Below, in pieces: positions 45,241 to 56,723 of a stretch of DNA of 64,000 nt. How positions within the stretch are numbered: the stretch's first letter is position 1; each line of letters opens with the position of its first letter. The notes beneath the pieces are model-generated. The model was not told the origin of the DNA, made no database searches, and saw nothing but the letters and a program-made list of their open reading frames with translations. This stretch comes from Savitreella phatthalungensis (lineage: Eukaryota). The position numbers and the translations under genes are program-made. The stretch lies in contig AP039689.1 of the NCBI GenBank assembly GCA_051599415.1, positions 496,001 to 560,000 on the forward strand, read 5' to 3'.

Positions 45241-46896
45241 CTAAAAATTCTCCTTGCCGAAGACGAAGCGAGTTTTGTCGTAGCGCGGTGCATTGCAGTG
45301 CGACTCAAGAAGATTCGCCAGCGCACCAGGGCCACAGAAGAACACGCCGATATCCCGACCGGGGTAGCGACGGGCGAGCGAGTCAAATTCGTGCGCCCAA
45401 TCCGGTCTGCCAAACCGCACACGTGAGCTGAGGCCTGTAATCGCATCCTTGTCGCTCGTGCTGTTGAGCACGAGATTTTGCGCGTCATCATCCTTGACCG
45501 CCGCGGTTAGGAAGCAATTGAATTCGATCATCTTATCAGTGTCTTGTTCTTCGATCGCTGCCAACAGGCTGCGAAACCATTCGAAACTGCCGAAATCTCG
45601 ACAGATCCAATAGAAGATCGCCTTCCTTAATGGCACCGTGCCAGACCGATACCAAATCGACTTGAGGATTGATGCGAACGGAGTGACTCCAATTCCAGCA
45701 CCGACTAGCATCACTACTTCGTGTTTGAAGACGTCCTCGCTTGCTGAGCCGAATGGGCCATCGATCATGATCGCAGGCAGATTGGAAGGGCCCATGGCAT
45801 TTTCCGTATCACAGCCACATACTTGATGCAATTTTGCGGTGAAATCGCCGGCGTTTCGAATGTGTACCGAGAGAAAGTCCTCCTCAGGTGCTGAAGTCAA
45901 TGTGAAGGGATGATACTGGAGAAGCGAAGCCCTGGGGCAGCACAGAAAGATGTACTGCCCTGCCTTCACGTTGTTGAGTACCTTGGAAATTTGAATTTCA
46001 CAGACACGAGAAGGATGCTGTATAACTTTAGTAATAGGAGCCCTCCTGTAGCCTCGAAATTCCCGTAGTAGTCGCTCTCCCATGTAGAGCAGGCCTCCAA
46101 ACAAGAGCCACTTCCACAACGAGGCTGTTCCGCGACAAAAGGGCGGTGCATCTGGAGTGATCATGCAAAAGGAGCCATGAACTGCCCAGATTACGAAAAA
46201 GACGACAAACATGTGATGTCTGTCGGTTGTTAGATCACGTCAAGGCACTCAGAAGCTCATAGCACTCACGTGTACCAAAAGCGCTCGAAGTTCGTCGACC
46301 GCGACTGCTCGCTTGCTGTTGCTGCCATCGCCGTGATGATACCAAGTAGCATCCAGCCGGTCACTGCAATCGTGTGAGTATCACGTCTGAGGTGAGCCGG
46401 AAGGCTTACGACTAGGACCATTCGTGAAGCAGATAATAATCCAGCCTCTTGCTCCGGTGCCGGTTGCAACGGCGATTCGTGCGAAGTTGACAAAACTGCG
46501 AGCATGTCAGTGGGCCGACAGGATCTCCACACATGTAGCTTACTGGGCAACAGAATGGATCCAGCTCAAAATGAGGATCGTCCAGCCGACGATTTTGTGC
46601 AACTTTAAGTTGTCGTCCAAGGGCAGCGCGCGAATCAGGGCGGTCGCGCGAAATTTGGTGATGAGATTACGACAGACTGGAAGTAGAATTATAGCTGTGT
46701 TGATGTGCAGGGCCAGGGCGCAAGCTCTCGCAATGGAAAATGAGAGGCCGAGCTGAGACCTCGTGGCATCAAGTGTCTCTTTTAGCTGGAAATTGAGCAG
46801 TCCGTAAGCAAGAATCGAGATCTGTAGAATGGTGCACATCCATAGTAAGCGGCCAAGCATGGCAGCGTGGACTGTTTGGTGCTGCTTCGTTGGCAT
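45241..46896 (-). CDS. NADPH oxidase, gp91phox-like (NoxB/Nox2-type), at least 4 exons
   Basis: Introns 46543-46496, 46409-46364 and 46269-46220 give a 503-aa frame with LLPVCRN, heme His pairs (LHKIVG..WIH; THHMF..VHG), HPFTLTS, GAGIGVTPF, CGP and terminal GKENF; start uncertain. Confidence 0.88.
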
Positions 46897-48538
46897 AAAG
46901 ATTCCGTATTTATGTAGTCACCCACTGACGATAGTGGGAGAAGAAACGCTCGACGTTCCGTGTTTCTTTGTGACGTACATGAGACAGACAAAAGTGAGAA
47001 AGGGTGGAGCTACCCGGCACAAGTACCTGCCTTCTCAGCGCCACGAACCTCTGTGTCGCTCGAGGGCAGCTTTGCTCAGACTGTACACATCTTTCGACAA
47101 ATCCGTTTCGGATCCGAAGACCGTCGTGATATGGTGTGTTTGTTCATCATCGGAAGCTGCTCGACGACTTACGCTTGCGCTATTGTGGGCATAGCGAACA
47201 ATCGTACTTAGGCTATCAAATCGTCAGTTCCGCGAACATAGAAAGTCGTGCTCGAGTCAGATAGAGCTAATAATGCAGTCTCCACACATTGGGTCAGACA
47301 TATGCTTGTCTTAATTTACTTCATCGTCATCCTCTCGCGCTGCACTGAATCGCAGGGTTTTTTATTGCCTTACCCTTGCGGCTCGAGAGTTATGCAGACC
47401 GTTCACCACGACGTAATTGCAAAGGATCCTGAGGTTAGCAGATGGACCAAAGTTGATCGTCCTTTGAGGCTCGGTCTAGCATGAATGTAATTTTTTTGGT
47501 GTCTCGTCGTAGCAAGCAGAATGTCGATCAGAACGATCGAAGGCCCGCTCAGACTCGTCATCTAGAGGTCTTCCTCATAGCCACTCGAAAATACTCACTA
47601 ATTTGCCAGACTCAGACACTGATGGACGGAGTGGAATAGGCTATCAAATGTCAGCAGCAGTCGAAGAAATGAAGTCTTCACCGGCCTCAGAAGGAGTTTT
47701 CTAAGCTCGCACTTGTCGTCACAACTCGATCCTAACGGGCTCGAGCTTGGTGCCCAGTGCAATAGTCTTCATGGGCGTGAGTGGACTGGATGATGTGTCA
47801 TACTGTGTCTGAGAAGTCAGTTTATGAGCTTTCCTGCAGCTTTTCTGCAAATTTCGGGCTCGGAGAGTTCAACAGCCAGTTGTTCTAATCAGCAACGCAT
47901 GGCTGTACTGAGATTCTCATCCCAGGCCATGACCAAAGCGCTGGTAAGACGGTAATTTGATTCGTCATTGCCGCTGGGCGATATACCTACCGCAATCATC
48001 GTAACATTTGTAGACGAGGACGCCGGGCTGAATACTGAGTTTCCTGAAATCTCAGTCATGCTGCAGTCGTGCGAAGTGAGTGGCTCAAGGTCTTGTTGCA
48101 TATATCCGTCACGAAAGATCGGAGACTCTAGTATTGAAGACAGTCATCCTTGCCAGGTCTAGGACTTACAACAGAGCGCGTGACTGGCAAAGAAATCCAT
48201 CAATTTGCGAGGTCGTCTCGTGCTTAGTGCACCAGAGTCCATGTCGAATAATTTGAGACCGTGACATGCCGAGTTTCCGCAATGTTTGGGAGCGCGCAAC
48301 CATTCTCAATCTCACTCATGGTTCAAAAAAAATTACGCTGCTCTCTGTTCAAAGGCTATAGAAGATACAAAAAGCCACGGTGCCTAGGTCCTGCCGCGCC
48401 TCGTGGTCCGGATTCACAGGTTTCTCGCGATTTTAGTGACAGCTTGCACCTCAAAAGACACAAATTCTTTGGTTGAGAATTAGAAATGATGATGGACTCG
48501 TTTGATGAGCCGATAAAAATTGATTCAATTTAGATGTA

Positions 48539-50458
48539 AAGTCGCTACACCTAGAATTGATCACCTTTAAGATTAATCAATTTCACAAACGTTTTTTTTG
48601 TCGCCTCTTCGAAGGCACCTTCTCCGTAGATTGCTCGCTATTCAATGGAATCACCAGCGCTAGCTCTGAAAGTAAGGTAGCTTGGTCCTGTGCCTCTATC
48701 CATGCTCTAGGCTCGATTTTAGCAGCCCTCGCCTTCGCTGCGATCCAGTGCCACCTCATATCTGTGTAGTCTTCGCCGAGCAGTCCTTTTAGCCAGTCCA
48801 CTCCTCTAGCCAGCTGCTGTGCCTTGAAGGCTGCCCTAGGACGCAAGGCCTTGGCCTGCAGGGCTGCTATAGTCTCGTCCCTATCGGCGATCATGAACTG
48901 GAGCTGTTCTGCAGCAGTCTTCAGTTCATCAATGAGGCAATCTTTTCGCGCATTCTCTGCAAGTGCTAGCTCTAGCACCTCGTATCTCTCTTTTCCAGCT
49001 GCCTGCAGTGTCGCGCGTGTCGCTTTGACCGTTTTCGGCAGTGTATTGGCTGCATTGGTGGTCAGGGTGGCCAAGGCAGGCCTTTCTGGCCTTTTCACAG
49101 CTTCCGAGGCAGATTCGACTGAATTGTTGTAAGAGAGCAGGCTTCGGCGCACTGCCTGTGGATCATAGGGCCAGATACCGCCTTGCCTGAAGCCTGAGGT
49201 GATGTTCTGCCGCGTCAGCGCCTTGCCCCAGGCGCCTAGAAAGATTGAGATGAATTCTTCGCGTCCCCAGGGTCTGCCTGCTAGCCTGTGGCTAAGAACC
49301 CTTACTGCCTGCCCATAGTAGTTCTTCAGAGGCAAGAATACAGCTAGGTCGAGCGGCTGTGTGAGGTGGGAGCTGTGAGCAGGCAGGTAGACGAGTTTGA
49401 CGCCATTTTTTGCGCATTCGTACATGACCTCGTGGGTGGCGTGGGCGCAGGCGCCATCGATCACTAGGACGCGCGTCCTCGGTGGATCTCGTGCTGTGGC
49501 AGGCAGGAAGACCTCCTGCAGCCACTGGACAATCAACTGCGAGGTTAGAAAGCCATTCTTTGAATGAAACACGCGTACAGCGTTTCCAGGCGTGCCTAGG
49601 TACTTTGCCTCGTCAGGAGGCGCCAGCCCAGCCTCCACAGCCTTTCCACAGGCCTCCCTCTTCGCCTGAGTGCGCCTGAACACCAGAACTGGTTGTAAAT
49701 GGGCACCTGCAGCAGAAACACAGGCCATACAGCTGACTGTTTTGCGATCTCCATTGTCTGCTGCCACAGCGCGCTTCTTACCCTTCTGCTGCAGCGGAAT
49801 CACCACCTGGGAGGACTGGGAACGGCCCATCATGAGGCCAGATTCGTCAGCATTCCAGATATCCTCAGGCAGGATCGCTTCCTCTCGAAGATAGGCGCCT
49901 AGGATCTTGAAATAGGCGTCCACAGTGGCTGAATCCACCGCGTACATGCGGCTGTGGTCGATGCGATTGCTGCGCACTGTGTGGATGTCAGGATGGCGTA
50001 ATTTGAAGGAAGGAAACCAGCGCATTCCGAGGTGCACTGTGCTGCCGCGAGATTCGAAAAATTTGTCTGCTAGGCTAGTGACCTCCATAGGAGTCATAGG
50101 ATAGCCTACTGCAGCCCTTCTGTGCAGCATCTCTACTATGGCCTTCTCCTGTGTTTCCGTCAGCTTTTGGCACTCTCTGGCGGCCTCTGAGGCAGTCCTA
50201 TTGCCATTCTGCAGCCGATGCCTCAAAGTAGAGGGTGAAACGCTGTATTCTGCTGCAGCATCACAAAGAGACGGTTTTTTGCCGTCTCTTCAAGCAGCGT
50301 AGTGGTTCAAGGCTGCCTGGAGGCATGCCTCACGGCATAACGCGTCCATAGGCGCTAGGAGAGGCAGTAGGCTGTGTTGAAGGTAGGTGGTGACGTGTTC
50401 GACGCGTCTTTATTTTCTGCGCGAAGTTAAAGGTGATCAATATTAGGTGTTTCGACTT
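48539..50458 (-). mobile_element. Complete pogo/Fot1-type (Tc1-mariner superfamily) DNA transposon, 1920 bp
   Basis: 32-bp TIRs at 48539-48570 and 50427-50458 (28/32 match by eye: AAGTCG..ACACCTA..ATTGATCACCTTTAA); TA on both sides (48537-48538, 50459-50460). Confidence 0.9.
48583..50349 (-). pseudogene. DDE_1/CENP-B-type transposase with nonsense codon at position 20
   Basis: ATG 50349: MDALCREACLQAALNHYAA*RDGKKPSLCDAAAEYSVSPSTLRHRL continues in frame into the 547-aa ORF; catalytic NADESG, IDGACAH, TQPLD intact. Confidence 0.85.
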
Positions 50459-50694
50459 TAATTCAAGTTTAATTCGGATTCGAACATTTTTTGTATTAAT
50501 GCGATGACCAAGATTTTCATCATCAGGACACAGCCAGAAATCCGCGCTAACGCGCATATATGCACTTCTACAATCACGCTGAATGCATGATGATGAACAC
50601 ACCTTAAAATGTGCGCGAATCAATTTTCTGAAGCTCCGCCGTCCACGTGAATTTGTCGCGACTTGTTATCATCTTGTCGCGACTATAGTCGTTG

Positions 50695-52251
50695 ATGTTG
50701 TCTTTCTCTGACGCTTTGGTGAAGCATGCGCCAACATCCCCAGCTATCGCCTTGACGGCCACTGGCGTCGAGATCGACTACAGCACATTGCTCGAGTATG
50801 TCTCCATCGTCAAGGACACGATCATCGAGCGCGAGCTTGCCCTGGAGGCCCGTGTAGCTATTCTCGCAGGGAAGGGTGTAGGATTTGTTGCAGCGCTTCT
50901 GGGTTGTTGGGCTGCGGGCGTGATCGCTGTCCCAATTTGTATCACCCATCCGCTTCCAGAGATGGTCTACACAGCTCAGGACAGTGGAGCAACCATGATT
51001 CTGGCGAGCAAAGAATTCATCGGCCGCGCGCATGAAGTTAGCCAAACTTTGGACAGTATCGATGTCATGGACATTGATGATATGCTTGCAAATAACCATT
51101 CAGCGGGCAAGCTGACTGCTCGTGCTGGAGGAGATACCGGGGCTCTCATCATCTATACATCTGGAACCACGGGTAGACCTAAGGGCGCCGTTCACACCCA
51201 CGCAAGCATGATCGCGCAAGCTGAATCATTGAACGAGGCATGGCAATACACCGCGACAGATCGAATCCTGCATGTCCTGCCATTGCACCACATTCATGGC
51301 ATAGTCAATGCGATGACGGCTGTGCTGTTCGCTGGCGGATGCGTCGAAATGGGCCTAGAAAAGTTCGACGCTCGCTTTGTCTGGAGACGTCTGGAGGACA
51401 AACGCATTACGCTTTTTATGGCTGTTCCAACAATCTATACGAAGCTGCTGTCCGATCAGCCCGAGCGTCACGCAGCTTTACAGCACATTCGCTTATTCGT
51501 TTGCGGCTCCGCGGCTTTGCCAGTCTCGGTAAAGAAGCGATGGCTTCAGCTGACAGGTCATGTGCTACTTGAACGATATGGCATGACAGAGATTGGCATG
51601 GCACTGTCGTGTGGGTTGGACGAGGCATCCCGGATCGATTCTTCCGTTGGAAAGCCTTTGCCTGGTGTATCAGTCAGACTGGTTGAGTCATCTTCCGGCC
51701 TTGAGATCTCGCAACCTGATACTCCCGGCGAACTCTGGGTCGCCGGCGAATCCTTATTCAAAGAGTACTGGAAGCGTCCCGAGCAAACCGCGCAGGAAAT
51801 CACGCACATAGGGATGACTCGTTGGTTCAAGACGGGAGACATCGCCATCATTTCGTCGAACGCAGATCATCACGGCGCGTATTTCATCCAAGGACGCTCA
51901 TCTGTGGATATTATCAAGAGTGGAGGATATAAAATCAGCGCTCTAGAAGTGGAGCGCGAATTGCTTGAGCTCGATTTTGTCCGAGAGGCCGCGGTGCTAG
52001 GGCTTGAGGACGATGAATGGGGCCAGCGTGTTGCAGCCCTGCTCGTCGTGGACTCTAAGCATGCAAACACTGTGAACCTCAGATCTCTTCGAAATGAGCT
52101 CAAGCCAAGGATGGCTCCGTACAAGATCCCTTCTGTCCTGAAAGTACTTGAAGCGCTGCCGCGGAATGCGATGGGCAAAATCAACAAGAAGGAGCTGCTC
52201 CATAGGTACCGCGAAGAACTAAAATCCGGGAAAAGCACGACCGCGACTTAG
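50695..52251 (+). CDS. AMP-dependent acyl-CoA synthetase (ACSF3/malonyl-CoA synthetase-like)
   Basis: YTSGTTGRPKG, LPLHHIHG, LERYGMTEIGM, WFKTGD, SVDIIKSGGYKISALEVE, LPRNAMGK. Confidence 0.88.
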   Translation: MLSFSDALVKHAPTSPAIALTATGVEIDYSTLLEYVSIVKDTIIERELALEARVAILAGKGVGFVAALLGCWAAGVIAVPICITHPLPEMVYTAQDSGATMILASKEFIGRAHEVSQTLDSIDVMDIDDMLANNHSAGKLTARAGGDTGALIIYTSGTTGRPKGAVHTHASMIAQAESLNEAWQYTATDRILHVLPLHHIHGIVNAMTAVLFAGGCVEMGLEKFDARFVWRRLEDKRITLFMAVPTIYTKLLSDQPERHAALQHIRLFVCGSAALPVSVKKRWLQLTGHVLLERYGMTEIGMALSCGLDEASRIDSSVGKPLPGVSVRLVESSSGLEISQPDTPGELWVAGESLFKEYWKRPEQTAQEITHIGMTRWFKTGDIAIISSNADHHGAYFIQGRSSVDIIKSGGYKISALEVERELLELDFVREAAVLGLEDDEWGQRVAALLVVDSKHANTVNLRSLRNELKPRMAPYKIPSVLKVLEALPRNAMGKINKKELLHRYREELKSGKSTTAT

Positions 52252-52262
52252 ATCCACTTGCA

Positions 52263-53822
52263 TCAGAAGTGGACGTCTTTTGTCAAGTGGCGTCTCTTCA
52301 CAGGCAATGTAGCTGACCAGTCAATTTCACTCGCAACATGGTCACAATAATTTGCGACAGTGCTACTCCCCGGAATACCCTCATGCAATCCCGGTGCCTT
52401 TGTCGTGGCTGTCGCGCTGCAGAGCAGATCAGTAAATGCATCTGAATACTCGCCACGAATTGTGATGACCCTTTTCACGCCGCCGCCGAAGAGTTTAATA
52501 AAGGCCCTGAGCTCGACCAATGTCGAATGACGCGAAAAGGGAATCACGAGGACTTTTGGCAGTCGGAAATCGCCTTCAGTGGCAGAAGCAAGCGATGAAT
52601 GGCGAATGAGCTCTTGACGGCTGTCAGAATGTGACCTGCAGGTCTGCCGTCCTCGGGACCTGTCCAGGTCGGCTTCCATATGCAAAAGCTCGCCTGTAAG
52701 TGTCAACTCATTGGACACGGCAAATGACGTTATTGATATGCGTGACTGATCGTCAAGTATCGCGCAATCGTCAGCCGCCTCTCGTTGGTCGGGGACACTC
52801 GAGCGGAGGTATCGCGCGCGGACCAATTTGATGTAAACTTCATCATTGGTGACATTCGACTCTGTGGAGCATACCCCTTCTGCGTGCACCTGGCGTGCTC
52901 TGCAGCAGTCCCAAGCGTCACAGGAGTGGAATCGTATGTCGGGATCTACATCTGATGTGAGAATACCCTGGCTTTGAGAGACTGTCGCATGACCGGCAGA
53001 ACCTGTCACGCGTGAAACTCCGGCGAGTAATGGTCCAAGTCGGTAGTCAGATGCAGATCGGATGCATCGATAAAGGTTCACGTGATACGAATCCACGTGT
53101 ATCCGCCCTACGACGGTAGAGGCAGCGGCCCAGAGCTCTTCCACTCCACCGAGCGTACGCACAGGCATGAAGAACCTCGTATGTGGGGGATACACAGCAA
53201 GCGCAGCTGCGAGCTCATGGCAGCCTGCGACTTTAGGTTCCAGCGGGACGTCAGACACGCCGGAGGAAGTGTCGAGATAGATGCAATCCAGTGCGCGGCT
53301 GCCGTACACATATGACACCAGGAGTGGATGATGCGACAGCGTTGTGAGGAGAGTCGAGTCAGCACGCATGTCGCCCGTGTACAGAATTGAGTGGCCAGAT
53401 GATGTTTGAATGAGGAAAATACAACCGCCGGGACAATGATTGGCCTCTAATGCTGTCACTGTGGCGCTTACCTGGTCCGCGAGGACAATTGTCGTCGGGC
53501 AGTCGAAAGGCAACACCCGAAATACTGCTGATTTGCGCCGCGCATGTGCTAGGGTGTACTTCGGCGCTTCCAAGTCACCGCGCGCTAGAAGTATCCGGTC
53601 CGATCGTGTCTGCAATTGGAACAGCAGCTTCTTTGTCGCTGATGTACAGTAGACCGGTGCGTGTCCGAAGTCGCGTAGGCTAATGCCCGCGAGATGATCG
53701 CTATGGACATGAGAAAGCAGATACGCTGCGACTGCCGGACGTCCTGCGTCTGGTGCGCGAAAATCGTCGATAGACAAGCCCGGCAGGTGAGCTATAGATC
53801 TTCCATCGAACGGATGGCGCAT
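52263..53822 (-). CDS. Metallo-beta-lactamase/beta-CASP nuclease, Artemis (DCLRE1C)-like
   Basis: LLSHVHSDHLAG, EANHCPG, LYTGD.RA, IYLDTS, FSRHST; likely start MRHPFDG at 53822 (ORF is open from ATG 53921). Confidence 0.8.
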   Translation of the reverse strand: MRHPFDGRSIAHLPGLSIDDFRAPDAGRPAVAAYLLSHVHSDHLAGISLRDFGHAPVYCTSATKKLLFQLQTRSDRILLARGDLEAPKYTLAHARRKSAVFRVLPFDCPTTIVLADQVSATVTALEANHCPGGCIFLIQTSSGHSILYTGDMRADSTLLTTLSHHPLLVSYVYGSRALDCIYLDTSSGVSDVPLEPKVAGCHELAAALAVYPPHTRFFMPVRTLGGVEELWAAASTVVGRIHVDSYHVNLYRCIRSASDYRLGPLLAGVSRVTGSAGHATVSQSQGILTSDVDPDIRFHSCDAWDCCRARQVHAEGVCSTESNVTNDEVYIKLVRARYLRSSVPDQREAADDCAILDDQSRISITSFAVSNELTLTGELLHMEADLDRSRGRQTCRSHSDSRQELIRHSSLASATEGDFRLPKVLVIPFSRHSTLVELRAFIKLFGGGVKRVITIRGEYSDAFTDLLCSATATTKAPGLHEGIPGSSTVANYCDHVASEIDWSATLPVKRRHLTKDVHF

Positions 53823-53918
53823 TGCAGTTTTGAAGGAAGACTCCACATGTTTTGCTCTGTGCTTGAATGATTGAAGGTATCTCGCGTCGACTAGCCCGAG
53901 CGCAAGGAATTTTGCCAA

Positions 53919-53978
53919 CATGAAAATTGCGGGGCCGGTTCACAGACCCCGCAATTCACCGGCCCCGCAATTTTCATG
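53919..53978. repeat. Perfect 21-bp inverted repeat with 18-nt spacer
   Basis: CATGAAAATTGCGGGGCCGGT (53919-53939) / ACCGGCCCCGCAATTTTCATG (53958-53978). Confidence 0.95.
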
Positions 53979-54296
53979 CTTGCAATAGCCACAATCCAGT
54001 ATAGATTCCGCTTGGTGAGGGCCAGGTTAATTCCCAATCTATATTGCTTGTAACAATTTCCCGGCGCGCGTGTGTAGCTCATTGACACACCGTGCTAAAC
54101 AGATTATCGCGTCTTTGGCCCGTGCTTCACGCGCTCTGACTTCCTTCGTGCGTCCACCAATATGTTGCCTGTGCTGAATTTGAGAGATCCGCAGGGCGTG
54201 CCTTGCGAATTCGACAGACTTGACTGTCGTACCGCATTACGTGTCTCAAAGAGCGACGTTGGGTGATTCTAATTGCCATACAGCTGAGATCCAAGA

Positions 54297-54324
54297 GGGG
54301 GGGGGGGGGGGGGGGGGGGGGGGG
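54297..54324 (+). repeat. G28 homopolymer
   Basis: 28 consecutive G in an intergenic region. Confidence 0.95.
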
Positions 54325-55151
54325 CCTCGAATAGCACTCGTGTTCGTAGGCGGGTACAGCCACTGAATACGCAGCTCCATCAGAGAAGGATCGTTAGTGT
54401 ACGCCAGTAAACGGCGTCTTATATACCAGCGAGATATAAACCCCGCTCAATCAGTGTACACATATATATATATGTAGCATATGTGTATACGTATTGCGCA
54501 AAAATGCGGACTGACTAGCAGTACGTGTGATAGTGCAATCCAAATGCCAAAAGAAGATCGAGAAATAGAGATGAAGCCCATGAACCCATGGAGCTACCGA
54601 ACTGCCCTGCTGAGCAATACAGCTGAACCATATTAGCGCTCAAGTAAAGTTTCCAGCGCTCGGAGACTTGATGGTTGAGAAGACTCCTGCACCACCTAAA
54701 TGGTACTGATATAGGCATTCTTTCACCCTGCAACAACGGGCGGTGCATATCAGTCCTGTGCATTTGGTGTTCGCATCTGTACTTGATCAGCCTGCAGACC
54801 ACATTGCTGTTTAACTGGGAAAGTGTGCACGGTGTTGTTGATCTAGGAGCACCCCGCAGACAAAAGTGAGACACTCATAAATATTGCGGCCACTGACTCT
54901 GCCCACTGGGCACATGTCACATGAGCTGCATGGCAAGGCATAGAAATGGGATGATCGCCGGCCCCAAAACTGGGAAAAGCCAAGTCGACTTCTCAGCGCG
55001 CAGGCAAGTGATGTCCAACACAACCAAATCGAGATCCCCATTACGCGTGCACAGCGAAATTCCTATGTGTGCTCGATCATTCGTCTGCGCTTTGAAGCGT
55101 CGAGTCATGAGTGGTTGATCTCTTGGAGTTCTCGAGTCATGAGAAGCAGGC

Positions 55152-56723
55152 TCAAGACCAGCCACTCTGCAATGAGTCAATGGTGTAATTTGCACACATC
55201 CCCTGGCCAACCTCAATCGCTGCCTGCGTCAGGGTGCTGTTTGGAGCAAGAAAGTATGTTGATGTGGCCACATCCTCACCGTCGTTGACGAACAGCTCGA
55301 TGATGGACCTGTCCAGCACAATCCGTAGCTTCGTTGTCGGGCTGGAAGGCTCAGTGGCTCGCGTGAAGGTACTTGATTTGTCGGTGAAAAAAGGATTGTA
55401 CCAGGTTTTCTGCGCCCCACCACGATCGACAGCGACAGCGGAATTTTGAAAGTATACCGCAACAGACTCATCAGCATCGCTAGAAAACTTGATTCGCGCG
55501 AATGCCGAGGCCACAGCTGACGGATTAGTGACGAACAAAGTGATGTTCACGTCGAAGGCGACGCCGAGAACTAATCTGTGGGCCCTTAGGTCGGTCTCAA
55601 GGAGATCCGCTGATAATGTTGTTTGTCCGTTCCAGGCGCTGGATAGATTACCGAGCGCGATCGTTTGAGGACTCAGCGGAGCCAAAGACACTGGATTAGC
55701 GCAGAGCTTCAGACGGAATGTATCCGGATTGACTTGCCTTTTGCGTAGGGTGAAGATCCGGGGCAAGGATTGAAAACTACGCCATGGGCCGGTAGGAACG
55801 ACTTGACTATATTGCCAGTTGGAAGCCCAGGCAAGGCCAATCACATCCCGACCAGTGTTGCTCCAGGTTTGCAATGCGTACCAATCCTTGCCAAAGTCTG
55901 CGGCCGAGGATGTCAGGTCGTCCGGGTTGAAGTGCGTACCGTTCCAATCTCCCACGAAATATTGGACAAAGCTGCCGCCCTGAGGAGCTCCGGGATTTAT
56001 GTTGACGAAAAGAAGCCAGCGAGTGCCAACGTCGTCCTCAAGCGGGACTTCGACCAGCTCAGGGACTTCATACTGAAAACCAAGTATTCCGGCGGGACCG
56101 AAGCGGCTTAATTCTTCCCAACTCAACAGGTTGTGCGATCCATAGAACACAACCTGGAATTATTGAGCCAACACCACAGCCATGATCCAGGACTGAGACG
56201 GCGCATACCAGAAGACCTTTGGATCTCGGAATTGGGATGATTCGACATCAATTACCGCGTCTGGATGTTTGACGAAGGATGTACCATTGTCGTGAGAGAA
56301 GGCAATACGTTGTGTCTGACGAGTCGGCGTGTTGAGGGTATATACAGCAACAAGACGCTGGAAGCTAGGGATTGAGTCATTGAAGAAGCCACTGGTGTTA
56401 TTGTAATCAACAATCGCTGAGCCGGAGAATATTCCGTCGTTGGGATCGTCCGCAAAAATTGCAATGGGCATCTCGCGCCAATGCAGCAAATCTGTAGACG
56501 TTGCATGTCCCCAGGTCTGATTGCCCGCCACAGCTGCTGTAGGGTTATACTGATAATACAGATGGAACACGCCGTCATCTGTCCTGACCATGCCATTTGG
56601 ATCGTTCATGAAATTGCTCGCAGGGGAGTAGTGAATCTGAGGTCGATCAGGCTGATCATACTGTGCAGCGCTGCTCTTGACAAGCGCTGAGCACAGGCAG
56701 GAGGCCAGTGAGAAATACATCAT
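55152..56723 (-). pseudogene. Secreted GH32 beta-fructofuranosidase/invertase interrupted by an in-frame TAA
   Basis: Signal peptide; FMNDPNG, WGHATS, FSGSA, FRDPKV, YEVP, DFGKDWYA, LDRSIIELF; the two ORFs share a frame and are separated only by TAA at 56162-56160. Confidence 0.8.

Noticed and set aside
47600..48160. Minus-strand frame punctuated by TGA stops next to the transposon
   Set aside because: No recognisable homology; compatible with random intergenic sequence
19926..53822. Apparent DNA-repair gene cluster (GEN1, Chk2-like, POL31, Artemis)
   Set aside because: Genes are dispersed among unrelated housekeeping genes; chance is sufficient
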